Assembly (NCBI GenBank): GCA_963796965.1 | Contig: CAWCNS010000005.1 | Coordinates: forward strand, 512,001 to 576,000 | Reading direction: 5' to 3' | DNA from: Calditrichia bacterium | GTDB lineage: Bacteria > Calditrichota > Calditrichia > JAJRVZ01 | DNA length: 64,000 bases | Part shown: positions 63,260-64,000 of the stretch, piece by piece | How positions within the stretch are numbered: the first letter of the stretch is position 1 | How the letters are laid out: each line of letters starts with the position of its first letter | The notes under the pieces: model-generated | Told to the model about the DNA's origin: nothing | Database searches by the model: none | Seen by the model: only the letters and a program-made list of their open reading frames with translations | Position numbers and translations under genes: made by a program

Positions 63260-63473
63260 ATAATGCTCAATCGCACACATGTGTGTTAATTAGCCCAAAA
63301 CTGTATTATCAAGAACCTAAAGTTTTCATAGAAGTCCTCCCCAATTTTTCCAATTTTTAGGAACATTTTCTCTTTCACCTCTCATTATTAAGATTTATCA
63401 AACTTTTCGACAACATCATAAATATTTGTTAATATTAGATATAACTACTATGTGAATTTTGGCACGTTAATTG

Positions 63474-63497
63474 AATCTATATTTCAAAATATAGATT
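63474..63497. promoter_or_regulatory. Palindromic operator candidate upstream of merR paralog 2
   Basis: AATCTATAT-TTCAAA-ATATAGATT, same AATCTATA-N8-TATAGATT motif as 61036-61059. Confidence 0.55.
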
Positions 63498-63524
63498 TTG
63501 AAGAGTGTATAATCGAGAAATACT

Positions 63525-63965
63525 ATGGATAATTTTATAGATTTAAAAGAGCCCCTCTTCCCTATCGGGATTGTGGCAAAAAAATTTAACGTTTCTGTTC
63601 ATACCTTAAGATTGTATGAATCCGAAGGATTGATACTTCCTTTTAAAACCGAAACAAACCGGCGATTCTATTCTCAAGCCGATATTAATCGCATAGCCTG
63701 TATACGGGAAATGATTGAAAAAAAAGGGCTTAATATTGCCGGGATAAAATCTCTGCTGGCGATGGTACCGTGTTGGGAATTGCTGCCTTGTACGGAAAGT
63801 GAAAGAAATAAATGTGAGGCTTATACAAATTATTCTGAACCATGTTGGGTCGTAAAGGTCAAAAGTGATAAATGCAAATATGTAGAATGCCGGGAATGCC
63901 ATGTTTATCATAGCCTGGCAGGATGTAGTAATTTTAAAGAATTTTTAAAAGCGAATTGGAAATGA
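63525..63965 (+). CDS. MerR-family regulator with Cys-rich (two-CW-like) C-terminal domain, paralog 2
   Basis: IGIVAKKFNVSVHTLRLYESEGLI HTH; PCW...PCW with 8 Cys. Confidence 0.9.
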   Translation: MDNFIDLKEPLFPIGIVAKKFNVSVHTLRLYESEGLILPFKTETNRRFYSQADINRIACIREMIEKKGLNIAGIKSLLAMVPCWELLPCTESERNKCEAYTNYSEPCWVVKVKSDKCKYVECRECHVYHSLAGCSNFKEFLKANWK

Positions 63966-64000
63966 GGAAATGATGGCAACACGTTTTAAACGGAGAGAGT

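Overview
AT-rich (visually about 38-40% GC) bacterial chromosomal segment, probably from a diderm FCB-related lineage such as Calditrichota (unverified). It carries core and metabolic genes: csp, glpK-glpF, a xylA-like isomerase, a dapA-family gene, a Lon-type protease, aroE, greA, relA/spoT, dnaB, family-4 UDG, a GH13_18 phosphorylase, aceE, argR, mdh and a fadL-like porin, plus a tRNA-Sec. About ten genes are broken by single-base indels. These look like systematic long-read consensus errors rather than real decay (the same GC>GTC insertion appears in four unrelated genes). Intergenic DNA is dense with nested palindromic miniature elements. The most striking locus is a REP-associated tyrosine transposase (62246-62785) flanked on both sides by tandem arrays of ~136-bp units (5+3 units). 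Each unit is a REP hairpin plus a conserved ~107-bp spacer, and one REP loop carries a 28-bp perfect-palindrome insertion. This locus lies between two paralogous MerR regulators with an 8-Cys C-terminal domain, and a shared AATCTATA-N8-TATAGATT palindrome precedes fadL and the second merR. Other highlights: a second IS200-like Y1 transposase with its own nested REP doublet, a recurrent 21-bp micro-insertion inside other repeats, a solitary attC-like site with a DUF1697 cassette relic, and an orphan 688-aa protein with GT-A glycosyltransferase motifs.
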